Part shown: in pieces, positions 28,301 through 40,300 of the stretch
Numbering within the stretch: the first letter of the stretch is position 1
How the letters are laid out: each line of letters opens with the position of its first letter
Source: Eledone cirrhosa
Lineage: Eukaryota
Direction: 5' to 3'
NCBI GenBank assembly: GCA_964016885.1
Contig: OZ024743.1
Span: 33,852,001 to 33,916,000 of the forward strand
Length of the DNA: 64,000 nucleotides
The notes under the pieces: model-generated
Database searches by the model: none
What the model was told of the DNA's origin: nothing
The model's input: only the letters and a program-made list of their open reading frames with translations
Program-made: the position numbers and the translations under genes

Positions 28301-31300
28301 GCAGTAAGTTGTCACATAAGAAATTCCAGTTATCATTTATGTCATATGATTCTAAATCGTCTTCTTTTTCGTCATACACATTTTGAAGGGCCTTCCTAAA
28401 TTTGTATTTTAATGAAATGTCTTTTAGCTTCCAGACCTTCCTTTTCCACACCTTCCTATATGTCTCATTTTGTCTCTTGCTTACTGAGATGTCACTAATG
28501 ACTAACCAATGCTGTGGGGTACATTCTTCCCCGAGATATGCCTTAGTATTTGACACCATATGTTTGTCTCGCTGCCTAACTAGCAAGAAATCAATCTGGC
28601 TTATGTGCTCACCTGATTTGTAGGTTATTAAGTTGTTGGTAGGTTGCTTTAAGGTAGTGTTGCAAATGGTTAGTGCACTTGCATTGCATCACAAAATTCA
28701 AGAAGCCTCACTCCTTCTTCATTTTTTTTAGCCATAACCGTGCCCACCATGTACCCCAGTGTATCCATCCTGGAGCTGTCCAACATGACCATTGAAGTCC
28801 CCTGCTAGCATAACGATGCCTCTGTTCTCTGTCATTGTGGCTGTTTCTAAAAGTTGTCCATAAAAGCAGTCTTTCTCTTCTTTACCTAGGCCTGCGTGGG
28901 GAGCATAGGCAGAAATGATTGTCAGCAGTCTCTCGCCTACAACAATCTAAGCTTAATTATTCTATTATTAACTCGACCTACCTCTATTGTTTTATCGATC
29001 CATCTCTCAGCCAGTAAAATGCCTACCCACTTAACCTATCATTACCCACCCAGAAAAGCTTGTAACTAAGATATTTGCCTGCGATTAGTCTCACTGAGGC
29101 ACCTCTCCATTTCACCACTTGCACGCAGCACCCATCCACATGCTTTCTCTCTAGCATCTCCCCTATCTCACCAGATCTACCTGTTAGAGTGCCAACATTA
29201 AGTGTGGCAACTCTGAGATGCGACGTCTCAGTGTTTTATCTGTCTAGTGTACCAACTATAAGCTAGCCGGTTGGTAAACAAGTGACTTCATTCAGTTGAA
29301 AACATGTAATTCATTCAGTGTAACATATCATGTAACCTATTATAAGCTAAGGAATTTATTGACATTTGAATACAACAATTGACTTTCATAATTTTAGCTT
29401 CTTTGTGAATCAGTTACTGCTAGATATATGACATGAAATGTCAAGTTCTATCAAACAAGGTGAGAAATACCAACAGACAAAATTGGATACAAATTTTGTT
29501 TTCTTCATAATATGCAGCAAATATACTTTATCATCTTAACATACAGTCAAAATATTTTTCAGCTACTTTGATTCTCCTTTTCTTTGTTATCATAGGTCGG
29601 GATTCCAGACAGGGCACTTTGTCACCACGAAAATCACCATTACCACCAAAGCTCTCTCCAAAAGAGATTGATGTTCTTCTGAAGGTAGATTATACTTTTG
29701 TTTTTACAATTTCTACTTACTCATATCTTCTAATTTCTATTTATAATAGTATTTCTCTCAGGTTTTGTCAAACCTGTACAATCATCATCATCATCATCGT
29801 CTAACGTCCACTTTCCACGCTAGCATGGGTTAGACAATCTAAATTATTATTAAATATACATATAATAGCTACTACTATAGGTAAAGGTGTATGTTATGAT
29901 TGTGCTGCTTCGATAATCATAAAAATTCAAACATATAAATACCATTATAACAAATTTTTCAGTATAACAACATTTTTTTCAATCCCTGGACAAACGCTCA
30001 ATGTGTTGGGTCGATCTCGTTATAAAGAATTTTTCGTTACAACAAATTTTTTTTTTATACCCTGTGAATTTTGTTATAATGGAATCTCACTGTTTTCAAA
30101 GAATATATATTCTTAGGAAAGTGCTTGTACCTGAATATATGAATGTACAGGTGTTTATGTTGAGGTATCTTGTCGTGTTTTGTAGACTACAAACTTTGCT
30201 CGTACCTCCAAAATAAAGCCTTTGGAATACTTCCTTTCTGTCAGTTATATTAAATGCTTATAATATAAAAAATACATTTTTGCATACACAGAAAGTTTTT
30301 ATTTATTTATTTATCTTATTCTTATAACCATGTGTATCCAGTTTTGAATAGGTACAACATGTCACTGCATGTTGTAAGAAATGACTAAAAGAGTTGGTGT
30401 CTGGAAGGGCATTACCTCAAATGTCCTTTTCAACCAATTGCAATCGATGCTAGCATGGAAAAATTGATGTAAAAATGATGAGGATATATTTTTAATAAAA
30501 ATATAACTTAAATACATTTAGTTATATTTAGAATTAAAAGGTCTGAAAGTAAACTTAGTCGAAACTAAAGTTCTAGTGAGTAGGAAAAATAAGACCCTTA
30601 TCCTTCAGGGAAGTGGACCTGCTCCATATGTAGAAAAGGAGTATGCATAAACTCCATATTGATGTACACAATGTAAATCTTGGGGAGACAAGAGGTGTAG
30701 TAGGATAACAGGTAGTCTAACAGGAAAGGAAAACTTTGTATGTAGAAGATGCACAGGAGGAATCAAAGACAAGATAGGCAGTGATATAAACCTCTTCAAT
30801 TCACAAGAAGGGTCCATAGATGTGGTTGATAGCTTCTGTTATCTAGGTGACTTCATTAGCTGTGGAGAAGGGTACTTTCAGGTCATAATAGCAAGAATAA
30901 GCATAGGATGGAAGAAATTTAGAGAGCTACTCCCACTGTTTACAACAAAGGGTTTCTCCCTACGTACAAAAGGACAAATGTACGCTTGCTAAAAGTATTT
31001 TTCTTTTATTTATACTAAAATATTAATATGCTACAATTGAGGTATTTAGCATTTCAAACAACTTATTTTTATGTAATATAAGCTCTGTTCAATTTACTCT
31101 ATGTATTATACACTTCACAATTCTAAGACATGAATTTTACCCAAAATGTTACTGACCCTGTATAGTGTAACTATTTGGAAAACAGAAGACTGCTTTATAT
31201 TATTCACAGACAGCAAACATTGGAATTCCCTATTCTTAGTTTATGTACAAAGAGTGATGCTAAGTTTCTGCTCAGATTGGCTATATATTAGAGAGGAGTA

Positions 31301-34300
31301 GAAACATACTCTCTAATACTGATGGCACAATAAGATGTACCCAGTACTCTTTGTAAAGTGGTTGATATTAGAAAGGACATCCAATCATAGAAACCTAGAT
31401 AGATATGGAACCTATTAGTAATACATTGTTCACCAACCAGTCTAGTTTTGGATTACTCCAATCTATCTAACTCATGCCAGCCAGATTTATTGCCAGGTTT
31501 TGGTAATCTGGGGACTTCAGTACATTGTAGGTGGGCACTCTAAATCAAGGAATGTATTTCAGGATGTGTTTTATAAACTCTGCTTACTAAATCTGTGCGT
31601 ACACCTTTAAGAAGTGTGTGTGTGTGTGTAGAATGGGGTGAGGGTAATGTGATCCAGTGCCCCCTCATCCCTTTTGCAATAGGCCATGACAGCCTGGGAA
31701 ATGATGCTAATGATTTTTTAACATTTCTTAAATACTCTTTCATGTATTTGTTCTGAAAGTGGTTATGATATTCCTTACTAAACTTGATTATACTACAATA
31801 CAGTTGCTTGTTATTATTTCATTAATTTTATTCAGAATACTGAGCAGGTGACAGCAATGTGTCGTCTTCCTAATGACCCTTACCAGTTTGGAGATACTCC
31901 TGCCAGACCCTTATCTGAAGCCCAGAAATTAAGGAAGGTCATCATGGAACTTCTGGAAACAGAGCGTGCCTATGTGAAGGTAAAATTATTTATCCTTTGA
32001 TGACCATATTTTGAATGAAATACATTCTATTTCAACTAATTAACAAAAACGTTTAAAGGATTTACTAAAATTATTAATTATTTCATTACTCAAATAGTAA
32101 CTTAACATATGATTCTTATATATGAAATTATATTGGATGGTTTCATTTCATAAAACTCAGTTTTAGCCAGGATGGTATCAAAATATTTAATATATTTTCA
32201 TGTTGTTTCAAATTTCGTAACTTGTTAAGCCTCAAATATAATCAGTTCTAACAAAGTATATACAAACGCTCCTCATCCAGCACAGAATCAAAGAGATTAG
32301 AGACAATAACAAAATTAATTATTCTCTGTCCCAATTCCCCTTATACCATATATATTTATGGATGTCTTTGTACTAGAAGAAATTGTTCATAATAGAGCCC
32401 ATTGCTAGAAAACAAATTTAATAAGACCTCTCCATTTGTATTTTCATGCCTGGTGGTCAGCGCCAACATGTGCATTGAAGTCTCCCACTAAGATATATGA
32501 CTCAGTCTTAACTACATCTAACACTGCAATGACTTCATCAAAGAAGGATTTGTATTTAGACTCCTTGTTTGGTGCATAAACTTGCACTACCCTCAGAGCT
32601 CTATCTTTCAGCCTAAGCTTCAAGGGGCAAATCCTCCCTCCTAATGGTATCCAGTCTGTAACACATTCTGACAGCCAGATGCTTGTGACTATCTCCATTC
32701 CTGCCTGTGCAGTCATTTCTGGCACCATTCTAGAATAATGGAGTTTCCATCCTCCATCCAAATCTACAGTACCAGAGCCATGGAATTATGTTGAAGAAAC
32801 TCAGACTATATCTAGCTGGTAGCATCTAGCCTCCTCCACTATTTCCTGCTCCTTATCTGTAAGGGTTGTGATATTCCAGGTCCCAATGGTTATGGTTTGC
32901 TCTTCTACTTGAGGTCTCAGAATATGCAATCTTTGTGCATCCGTCTCATGCCTCCCAGGACATGTCATAGGCCCATCACCAGTTCTTACTGCATGAGATG
33001 CCTGGTGGTGGATCAACAGAAGTCTCAAACTAGATGCTTTGTGGTATCTGTTTCAGATCTGTACATTCTGAATTGAAATTCTAACTCCTGCCACTGAAAA
33101 TACAATGTTGTTTCTTCTAAGATAATATGCCCTTTTCTCAGCAGGCTGGCCTCTTATGGGAAGAAGAAATTGGCCAAAATCATAATCATGAATATTCTCA
33201 AATATCTTTTGGCATATGTTCATGATATATTGTACCTGGCTGTAAGCAAAATTAATGATTAGAAAGGTGAATGGTTAAAAAATATATAAAGTCAATCCTT
33301 ATTGAAAGCCCCATTTTTCTGTCATTTTAACTATATACTATTTATATCTCTTTTGTGCAGGACCTCAATGTATTGATAGAGCGATATTTAAATCCTCTGA
33401 AGGCAGAGACACTCTTGACATCGGATGAGATAATGCAGTTGTTTGGTAATATCCAGGAGATTGTTCAATTTCAGGAACAGTTTCTACAAAGTTTAGAAGA
33501 AGCCGTAGAGCTAGGGGGTGACTTCTTCACCCTTGATGACCCAAAGAAATTTCGGGTAAGTAAACATAAATCACAACTTGTCAGCAAAACTAAATGTGTT
33601 AATATTTTCAGCATTGTTTTTCTTTTGGGATTTTTTTTTTTTTTACATATTTAAAAAAAAAAATTTTTTTTACTGCAACAAAGAGCAGCAATTTGTTAAA
33701 GTTATCATAACTTTCAGAAATATTGTTCATGCCGCACTCAATTCGCTTTTTGCTACTGTTTATTTTTCAGTTTTACTATTTGTTTAATAACATTTTTCAA
33801 CAAATTCACCAATCTGGGTAGACATATGTGACATAAAATAGTCAACATGGGCATTTACTGAAGAACTTAAGTGAAAAAAAAATTACAAAATATATTAGTT
33901 ATTGATTTAGTGGTTAGTGTGTTTGACTCACAATCATTAGGTCATGAGTTTGATTCCCAGTCGTATGTTGTGACCTTGAGCAAGAAACTTTATTTTATGT
34001 TGTTCCAGTTCACTCAACTGGAGAAAATTAGTTGTACCTGTAATTCAAAAGGGCCAGCCTTATAACACCCTGTGTCATGTTGAATTGTCCTTAATTTCAT
34101 GAGCAGGCTGCTCCATTGATTCTTTTCTGTGATGGGTGGGACTTACATACTTTCTGATATCTTAGACAAATTGACACAGAATTTGTGAGCAGTGTTTAAG
34201 CTCCACAAACAATTTTAGTAAGTAAACCTTTATGATAATTCCATCTTTTATGTATTATGCTACTGGAACAGGAGTCCGTAACAGCTTTTAGAAAAATCTA

Positions 34301-37300
34301 TATAGATATTTTTAATTGAAGGTTAGTGAAAAAAATTCATCAAAATCTTCTCCATCTGAGTCTAGCTTGTTAAATGGTGATCTCAGTTGACTCATCTGAT
34401 TAGTCATAGTTCTATATTTGCAGTGTTCATAGCGATTACTTAAATATATTATAGACTGTTAAAATGTGAACATTGTTTATGGTTCATACTTCTACAAAAT
34501 ATGAATACTTCAGAAAAATATAAATAAAATGATTCAAGTTTCAAAGATTGTTGCTATTATTATAATATAATTTAGTCTATACTTTATCATAAGTAGGTTT
34601 ATGTTTATTCTTTTAATTTTGGCATTAAATCTCCTAAATTTCTCTTTTCCTGTTCCTCTTACTTGATAGTTTTTTCTTCCCCTTTTTTAAGACATAATTT
34701 TAATTTGGCCTAACCAGTGTGCTTAAAAAGACGAATTCATTAATAATTTGTTACCAGAGTATTATATTATTTAATCTACAACATCAACAAGCATTTTAAG
34801 GACATTTTCCTCATTGAAGCAGGATTTAGCCTTGTGCATCCCATGACATGGGATCCTCTTTGAGACAATATTTTACAGCTAGAAGTTTTTCCTGACCAAA
34901 CCTTTTAGTTACCTCTTACAACATGGTGTACCTATTGAAAACTGAATACACATATAATATCACTTTAATCTATTTGAATAAAAAATGTCTACAAAAAACA
35001 TTCTATTTATTCAATAACTGAAAAGTATTTTTAAAAAAGTAAAAGGTACAGCCAATCTTACAAAGAACGATAATTTAATTATAGACAATATTGAATTGTC
35101 TACCTTGAAAGACTATCTACTGTAGACATATCTGCTAACATCAATTATGTGATTATGTTAGTATTTGTTATTTTCCAAAACTTATTATAGTCACTGAACT
35201 GACTAAAAGGTATTTTATGTGGCTGAAAATGCTATTTTCTTTCCAAGCTAAAGAGTAAGAGATCTTTATATGATTTCAGAACTTGCATATAATAATTGTT
35301 TCTACTTTTGGCACAAAGCCAGTAATTACCCAGTACATTACTGGTACTTTATTTTATCGATTCCGTAAGGATGAAAGGCAAAGTTGACCTCAGCGAGATT
35401 TGAACTCAGAATGGAAAGGGCCATAACTCTATGCGTCAAAGCATGGTGTCTGACCCTCTACCCATACTGCCAATCCACCACCCATATAATAATGAATAAC
35501 TCCTCTTTCACCAATAATGTTTTAACCAGGTAAACTTCAATATATTATATAAAGAGACAACACACTGCAGAAGTGGAAGCTATTTTCAACTCTTAATACT
35601 ACCATGTTTATAAATAAGATTAAATTTTAGATCTTTCAAAATGCTATCTGTAGATAATAAGAGGTCTTCTCTCATAATATGTTCACTTAGTAAATGATTA
35701 GTTTTTAAAATGAAGATTGCTTTAATTTTTCCATTTTGCTATTTTCATTCATATCTCACCAAATCTCTTAATTCTTCATCATAATGGCTGTATGACCTTA
35801 TTTTAAAAGCTATGAGCTGTTTTTATACGCATAGTATTGTAATTTTCAATTTTAAAAAAGAAATATCTAGACCAATTTCTATATAGAATAAGAAAGTTCC
35901 ATAGGATGTAGTAAAGTTCACTCTCAACAGAAGTGAATAATTTTTATTGAGTAAAAGTTGATTATTGTTTAAGAACTAAATGTGTTCTAAGTGTAATCTC
36001 CACATATACTTACCTAAAGACTTAAAAAGATATCTGTCAAATGTTACTGATAACTATCACAATTCTCCAAATGAACACAAAAATACTTATATGTAGGGTA
36101 ATGTTTTTCAAACTGGAGAGAATAACATAAGAAAGTTATTTCAGCTCTAATTAAAGTAAGATATGTTACACACTCTAATCAGAAATACTATTATTGTTGA
36201 TCAATGAGCTGCGAAATAAGTTAGTCAACCTCGTAATTTATTTATCTGCTGTTCTTAGCTACTTCTTTCTAATCAACAAAAAACATAAATCACGGATCTT
36301 AAAATATTTCAGACCATTTGACCTTTCATGTAATCCTTGACCCTCATAGACCCTAGACATATACAAAAATAAACAAGTAAATAAATAAACCAGTAAACAG
36401 GGTATAAAGTAAATAGACAATAAAACTAATTATTTATAAATCAGAAACTTTTATAAATAAGTTGCATTTTATTGTATTATTTTATGTATTTTTGTTTCTT
36501 ATACAAATGTCAAGCTTTTGTCCAAAAGTTCAGTCAACACTCTTGGTAGTCATATCAAACTCTCGGGGTCAATATCATCAATGTTAGGGACTAGTGACTT
36601 AAATGATCCCTAATATTAGCTGTTTAAATTATTAATGAATAATTATTAAATAATACTGGAAAAGGTATTTTATTTTTATAAGGTTCTATACTTTTTTAAA
36701 AGCAGTAGTCCTGGTGTCACGACAAAGAACATCCTGTCCACTCTGTAAGGTAGTAGTGCCAGAGTCAATATAAAATGTTCGCAGTGCATGTTGTAAAGTA
36801 GTTTTTGTTTGGAAGGGCATCCAGCCATAGAAACCAAGCTAGAAGCATATGTGAGCAAGATGTAGTCACCCGATCCATCTTGCCTCAGTATGTGATAGCC
36901 TGCCTAACACATGCGAGCATGAAAAATAGACATTAAATAGTGATGATGATAATATCTACATTGTACACTAATAAGATCAATATCTTTATCTTCATAATTT
37001 TGGACATTCTAGAATAGTACTTTAATTTGGTGTATAATATAGTAGATTTATATTTTTTAAGACTGCATCAGATATGTAGACATCTTTTAAAATATGTAAC
37101 AATTAAAATGAAATGATTCAAAGGCATTTATTGTGTATAGTTTTTTTTTTTTTATTAATAATTTGGGGAGTGGGTGGGGGAAAGGCAATTACCATGAAAT
37201 TTTATTTTTTCAAGGTCTCTGATACTGGTGGGAGGGAGTAAGTTATCTTGGCCACAATACTTGCCAAGTGGTCTTGTTAAACTGAGCAGCAGATTAAGTC

Positions 37301-40300
37301 TACCATCCAAAAGAACATAGCAAATAATATTTATGTGCTCAAAAGAATGCAATAAATAACATTACTACAGCAAACACATGGATTCTCAGTGGAATGAGTT
37401 TATCTGTCACACTAAATGTTCTTAATGAGCAATTCCTCTCATTCTATTCACTAATATTTAAGTTTTGCCTATGTTGATGCCGAAATGAAAGAAAGTCATT
37501 TTCATTTTTGCTCTTTATTTGCTTTTTTCATTTATATTCTGGGTTGATTTAGTCTGTGTTTCCTTCATTCTTAATTTTACCTCATTGATCAAATTGTTTT
37601 TATTTTTAAAAAGATAAAACTGTTCTACATTGTTCATTCATTATTTTTTTTCTGCTGTGTGTTTGTCCTACTAGGATGAAGAACTCAGGGTATGTACTAA
37701 CATTATTAACTGTTGCGTGAAAACAGTGACATTCGCATGGATTTTATTCTTTGTTTATCATTTTATTCTTTACCTCACTTATTAACCTCATGTGAAACCC
37801 ATCATTGACAGATTATTTTTCTCTGCTTGTTTGCGGCTACATTTTTAAGAACTGTCTTTCTAGCAATGTACTGCGCTGAGATTGTTTTTTTACTGCTGTG
37901 ACTACTGTTGTGGCTGCCATGTTTAGTGTACTACTATTAACATATATTATCAACAATTAGTTAGAACACTTCTTATTTTGAAGTATCTTCTATATTAAAT
38001 ATGTACGTATACAGAGAGAAATATTCACCTTTTTATCTCTTCTCACCTCTCTGATTGTACATATTTTTTTCATATATCAACCAGATTTCTTTTCATCAAA
38101 ATGCTTTGTATTTGTTAGAAATATGTTTGTGTGTCTTTTTTTTTATCATAAAAAATTATAGAATAGTTGTTTTCATTTTATCATTGTGGTGTCTAAGCAT
38201 TTTTTATTAAGATTTTTTTTCCTAAATAATAACTTTAAGATTTTGCCCTTAAAGTTAGTTTTCATTTATAATTTTTGCCTTTTTAATGCTAAATGTTTAC
38301 CATTTATAGATGCCATTTATATCCATTAATTAATGTAATAGATTCAGCTTCGAAAATTATAGAAATTAACCAATAGAAGATGAGATTATATTTTTGGCTG
38401 ACCATATAAACAATAGTCACTTGTATTAAATTTTGTCTTTAGTCTAGAGGCTTATTAGATTGAAGCTTATCCCATCATGTTCATGATTGTAGGTTTGTAG
38501 GTTTCATTCTTAGACTGGGTGGTGTGTTGCGTCCTTAAGCATGGCACTTCATTTCACTTTTCTCCAGTCCATTCAGTTGAGACAATGAGCCCTGGCAGCA
38601 GATGGGGATTAACCTTGTGATGGACTGGCATTCTATCCAAGAGTGTGTCTTGTACTCTCAGTTACTTAATATCAATAAACTGAGATAAACTGATAAATAT
38701 TTGGCCTAGTCAGCCTCTAGGCTTGAGACAAACTTTAAAAGATAATTTATGTAGTACTTCAAATCTTAAGCTACTGCTTTTAGAAAACTAACATTTAGAA
38801 AACTAACATTTAATAGTTATAAATAATAATTGAGTTTTTAATATTTTCAATTACAGTTTAAAGCACAATTATTGCTACAGTGTTGGTCTTAATAACATAG
38901 CATTAACAAAGTCTTATATTAGTTTTTAGTTTTTTCCATAAAATTTAACCATTTCTTTTAAAATCATTTTGACAAAAATATCAAAAATTTGGATGGATTT
39001 AGTAATATTGTTTGGAAAATTATTTAATAATTATTCTTAAATATAATTATGATGGAAAGTTTTTAGTCAAAGATAAATATTTTAAAACAAACAGTTTTGT
39101 ATCATAGAACTGGGGGCAGTTTCAGGAAGTATGGTATCAAAACGGTTAAATTATAGTAAATTTACATTTTCAGCTATTTAACTGAACAAGAAAAAAATTT
39201 CTCATCTAGAGAAAGTCATTCTGAAGAAACAGTTTCTAGTTTGCTACATGCTTAGTATGTTATTGTATTAAACAACTGAATTAATTACAAATATAGGTAA
39301 TCGTTTTAGATGTATAAATATATTGACAAGCATGGGCATTTGATGAAATTTATAGTTAGTAAATTTCTTACAACAATAAAAAGCTTTTCTATAACATAGA
39401 ATTAATGTGAAAGGATTAACACTAACTAAAATATTAGAACTACTAATCTCAAACTAATAATGTTTTTATTTTTTTACCAGGAAATATTAATGTTGCATTA
39501 GATTCTTAAGATTATTCTTTTTCTTGATCATTTCATTTAATATCATGCAGTCTTTATTTTATAGGACCATCAAGGTGTGTTGTTACAGTGTTTAACATAG
39601 TATTTATAAATTAAAAAGACAGTTATAAGGCTAGATGACATTTCTACTACAATATTATTAAAAAAATAGAACATCAAAGTTTCAAAGGTGCTGCTACTGG
39701 GAAGTGTCATAAGGAGATGAATTCAACAATCTGCAGCAAAGCCTGAGGCTTGTAGTAACTAAGTAGCAGAATAGTCATTAGACAAAATAAAAAAAAACGT
39801 CTATTTGTTTTCATTAGATCACCTGCCAATATTGTTTAAAAAATTGATCAACTAAGTTTGTTGGAGTTATCTCCCTTGTTTGTGTGATTATTTTTTGATT
39901 TTTAAAAAAATGCTTAACATTCCTAGGAGGAGATTTTGTCTACTACTTGCTTTCACAATCTCAGTTAATCAAAGTGTATCAAGTCACTATATTACATATG
40001 TGAGACCCTATCATTATTGGTTCTCTACTATGGCGGTGGATTGGCAGTATCGGTGGAGGGTCGGACGCCATGCTTTCCAGCATAGTTACGTCCCTTTACG
40101 ATCTGAGTTCAAATCCCGCCGAGGTTGACTTTGCCTTTCATCCTTATGGGGTCGATAAAATAAAGTACCAGTAATGCACTGGGTAATTGCTGGCCTTGTG
40201 CCTAAAGTAGAAACAATTATTGGTTCTCTACTATGTGAGAGACAGGATATACATTGCTAAAATTTTAAAAGTCTATGATTTGGATTCTATTCCTTGTCAG

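Noticed and set aside
29930-30095. Possible small Tigger-like MITE (repeated gttataa motifs ending ctcactgt)
   Set aside because: The left TIR could not be identified, so it is too degraded to call.
40033-40115. tRNA gene suggested by A/B-box motifs (also about 33905-33960)
   Set aside because: No complete cloverleaf; the motifs are heads of repeated SINEs with body, tail and TSD.
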